Shown here in pieces: positions 62,327-64,000 of a stretch of 64,000 nucleotides of DNA. The notes below the pieces were generated by a model that saw only the letters and a program-made list of their open reading frames with translations, made no database searches and was not told the origin of the DNA. The position numbers and the translations under genes are program-made. Every line of letters begins with the position of its first letter. The first letter of the stretch is position 1. The stretch comes from a virus (Duplodnaviria; Caudoviricetes): positions 96,001-160,000 of IMG/VR virus record IMGVR_UViG_3300021256_000056, one strand, 5' to 3'.

Positions 62327-64000
62327 ATGGCACTTAAACAGCCTGTAACACAGGAAGAAATCTACTCTTTTTTGGAGGGACGAGACCCTCAGGAAAGAAT
62401 TGTAAATCTTGATTATAGTTATAAAAATGACTACATTACGGTAATCTATCGTAATGAAAATGATGAGAAATGCAAGCATCAAGCACCGTTCCACCCCTTC
62501 TTATGGGCAACCAGGAATGCATGTAATAAACTCATAGGTGAAAATAGGGAAAGAGAGGCAAACCTTAGATTTCTCTTACGCAAATACGGAATAAAATGCG
62601 AAGCACTTGACATTGAAAATGTCGAGGGTGTTCCTTGCGAAAAAATGAAAGATGGTTACACCTTCCTTTTCAGGGCTAAAAGTGCCATGAGTTACAGCCG
62701 ATTCCTTAATTTCTTCAAAGAGGCAGGATATCCCGTATTCTCAGATAAAAAAGATGGTGATACTACTACAAGAGAATCGAATAAAAATGATTATCTTACA
62801 GTAACACCACAAGAACAATTCCTTATTTCAACTGGCAAACGTTTCTTCAAGGGGTATGATGATTACAATGACATACTCCGAATGATTTTCGACTTGGAAA
62901 CCGAAGGTCTTGACCCCTCAAAGCATCGCATTGAATGGTACGGTATTCGTTTTAATCGTCCTATTACTTTCAATGGAACTTCAAGGGAATTTGAAACCGA
63001 GATGCAAATAAAGGGGGTGACCAAGGAGGAAAAAGATGCTAGTGAGTTAAAGTTGATAGATACCGCTCTTCGTATAATATATACTTTTAGGCCAGATGTC
63101 ATTACCGCCCATAATGGAGAGCAATTCGACTGGAACTTTATAATTGAAAGATGTAAGCAACTAGGGACGTCCATTGAAGAGATGTCCTCCAAATACTTTA
63201 ATGGCCGTTCAATTTGTAAGAACCAGAGAGAAAGTGTACTTAAACTCGGAGGGGAGGTAGAACACTTCTATCAAACTATTGTGCCAGGCATTACTGTTAC
63301 AGATTCCCTCCATGCAGTAAGACGTGCCCAAGCAACAGATAGTAACTTCAAGAAAGGTGATTTGAAATATGCGACAAAATACCTTAAAATGGTTAAACCC
63401 AATCGTGTATACATCCCTGGAGACAAAATTAGTCAGCTAACAAATGACTATGAAGAACACTATGCTTTTAATAATAAAAATGGTAAATGGTATCTCATTG
63501 ATGAAAAGCATCCATTATTGGCCGACGGAAATTATAAAGCCGTAAGCGGGCATTATATTGTTGAGAGATATCTGGGCGATGACCTTTGGGAGTGTGATAA
63601 AGTCGAATATGCGCTCAATAGTACAGATTTTATGCTTTGTAAAATTGTCCCAGTACCATTTAGCAAGTGCGTCACGATGGGTACCGCTGGACAGTGGAAA
63701 GCAATTATGCTTGCTTGGAGCTACGAAAGAGGACTAGCAATACCAAAGCCTGAGAATACAGGTGCATTTACAGGAGGACTATCCCGACTCCTACGCGTTG
63801 GGTATGTTGATAAAGTAATTAAACTTGACTATAACTCACTTTACCCTTCGATTATTCTTACCTGGGCAATCAGCGATGACACTGACCTCATGGGAGCCAT
63901 GTTGGATATGCTTGAATATGTCCTAACAACACGTGAAACCCATAAGGGCCTCAAAAAGAAGGCAGGTAAGATTGTGGATAAGTATGAAGAGGAAATGAAT
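62327..64000 (+). CDS. Family B DNA polymerase (3' end outside window)
   Basis: ATG 62327 (MALKQPVTQEEIYSFLEGRDPQE); ExoI FDLETEGL, ExoII AHNGEQFDW, ExoIII YLGDDLWE, motif A LDYNSLYPSII. Missing from the ORF track because there is no stop in the window. Confidence 0.95.
   Translation, partial: MALKQPVTQEEIYSFLEGRDPQERIVNLDYSYKNDYITVIYRNENDEKCKHQAPFHPFLWATRNACNKLIGENREREANLRFLLRKYGIKCEALDIENVEGVPCEKMKDGYTFLFRAKSAMSYSRFLNFFKEAGYPVFSDKKDGDTTTRESNKNDYLTVTPQEQFLISTGKRFFKGYDDYNDILRMIFDLETEGLDPSKHRIEWYGIRFNRPITFNGTSREFETEMQIKGVTKEEKDASELKLIDTALRIIYTFRPDVITAHNGEQFDWNFIIERCKQLGTSIEEMSSKYFNGRSICKNQRESVLKLGGEVEHFYQTIVPGITVTDSLHAVRRAQATDSNFKKGDLKYATKYLKMVKPNRVYIPGDKISQLTNDYEEHYAFNNKNGKWYLIDEKHPLLADGNYKAVSGHYIVERYLGDDLWECDKVEYALNSTDFMLCKIVPVPFSKCVTMGTAGQWKAIMLAWSYERGLAIPKPENTGAFTGGLSRLLRVGYVDKVIKLDYNSLYPSIILTWAISDDTDLMGAMLDMLEYVLTTRETHKGLKKKAGKIVDKYEEEMN

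Noticed and set aside
62207-63192. Minus-strand ORFs 62207-62494 and 62863-63192
   Set aside because: Antisense to the family B DNA polymerase and its promoter.
1-64000. Stop-codon reassignment (TAG/TGA recoding as in Lak or some crAss-like phages)
   Set aside because: Code 11 gives long, tightly packed ORFs, and TAG and TGA end genes at natural boundaries (for example 23018, 24560, 30003, 60897). The two ORF-poor ends are simply edge-truncated genes.
1-64000. CRISPR array, tRNA genes, diversity-generating retroelement, retron
   Set aside because: No regularly spaced repeats, cloverleaf/T-loop signatures or reverse transcriptase motifs seen by eye; intergenic gaps are short. tRNAscan/Infernal were not run.

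Overview
A 64-kb segment of a large myovirus (contractile-tailed dsDNA phage), standard genetic code, very probably infecting an anaerobic Bacteroidota host. The host inference rests on repeated TTTG-N19/20-TAnnTTTG promoters, AT-rich leaders without obvious Shine-Dalgarno sites, a BACON domain and a class III RNR. Contents: (1) 1-22014, minus strand: tail fibre/baseplate operon, including a >1640-aa fibre-like ORF that runs off the left edge and is missing from the ORF track; (2) two glycosyltransferases; (3) replication/nucleotide block (nrdG, nrdD, DnaB-like helicase, 5'-3' exonuclease, homing endonuclease plus a stand-alone NUMOD3 mini-ORF, RecA/UvsX, thymidine kinase, SSB); (4) hub with M15 peptidase, gp53/LysM-like protein, OmpA-domain baseplate protein, tape measure and a chaperone pair joined by a probable +1/-2 frameshift; (5) an inverted tail-tube cassette, an ART-PolyVal-like ADP-ribosyltransferase with a putative capsid-targeting leader, an IS1595 transposase relic, sheath and neck genes; (6) a palindromic divergence point, then SNF2 helicase, a paralog pair and a family-B DNA polymerase running off the right edge. 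The most notable non-obvious signals are a CTATTTAT motif upstream of virion genes, which defines a candidate late regulon that also captures the ART, a glycosyltransferase and two acidic proteins; the ART as a putative injected effector; the frameshift; and the IS relic. All product calls come from motif recognition by eye, not from database searches.
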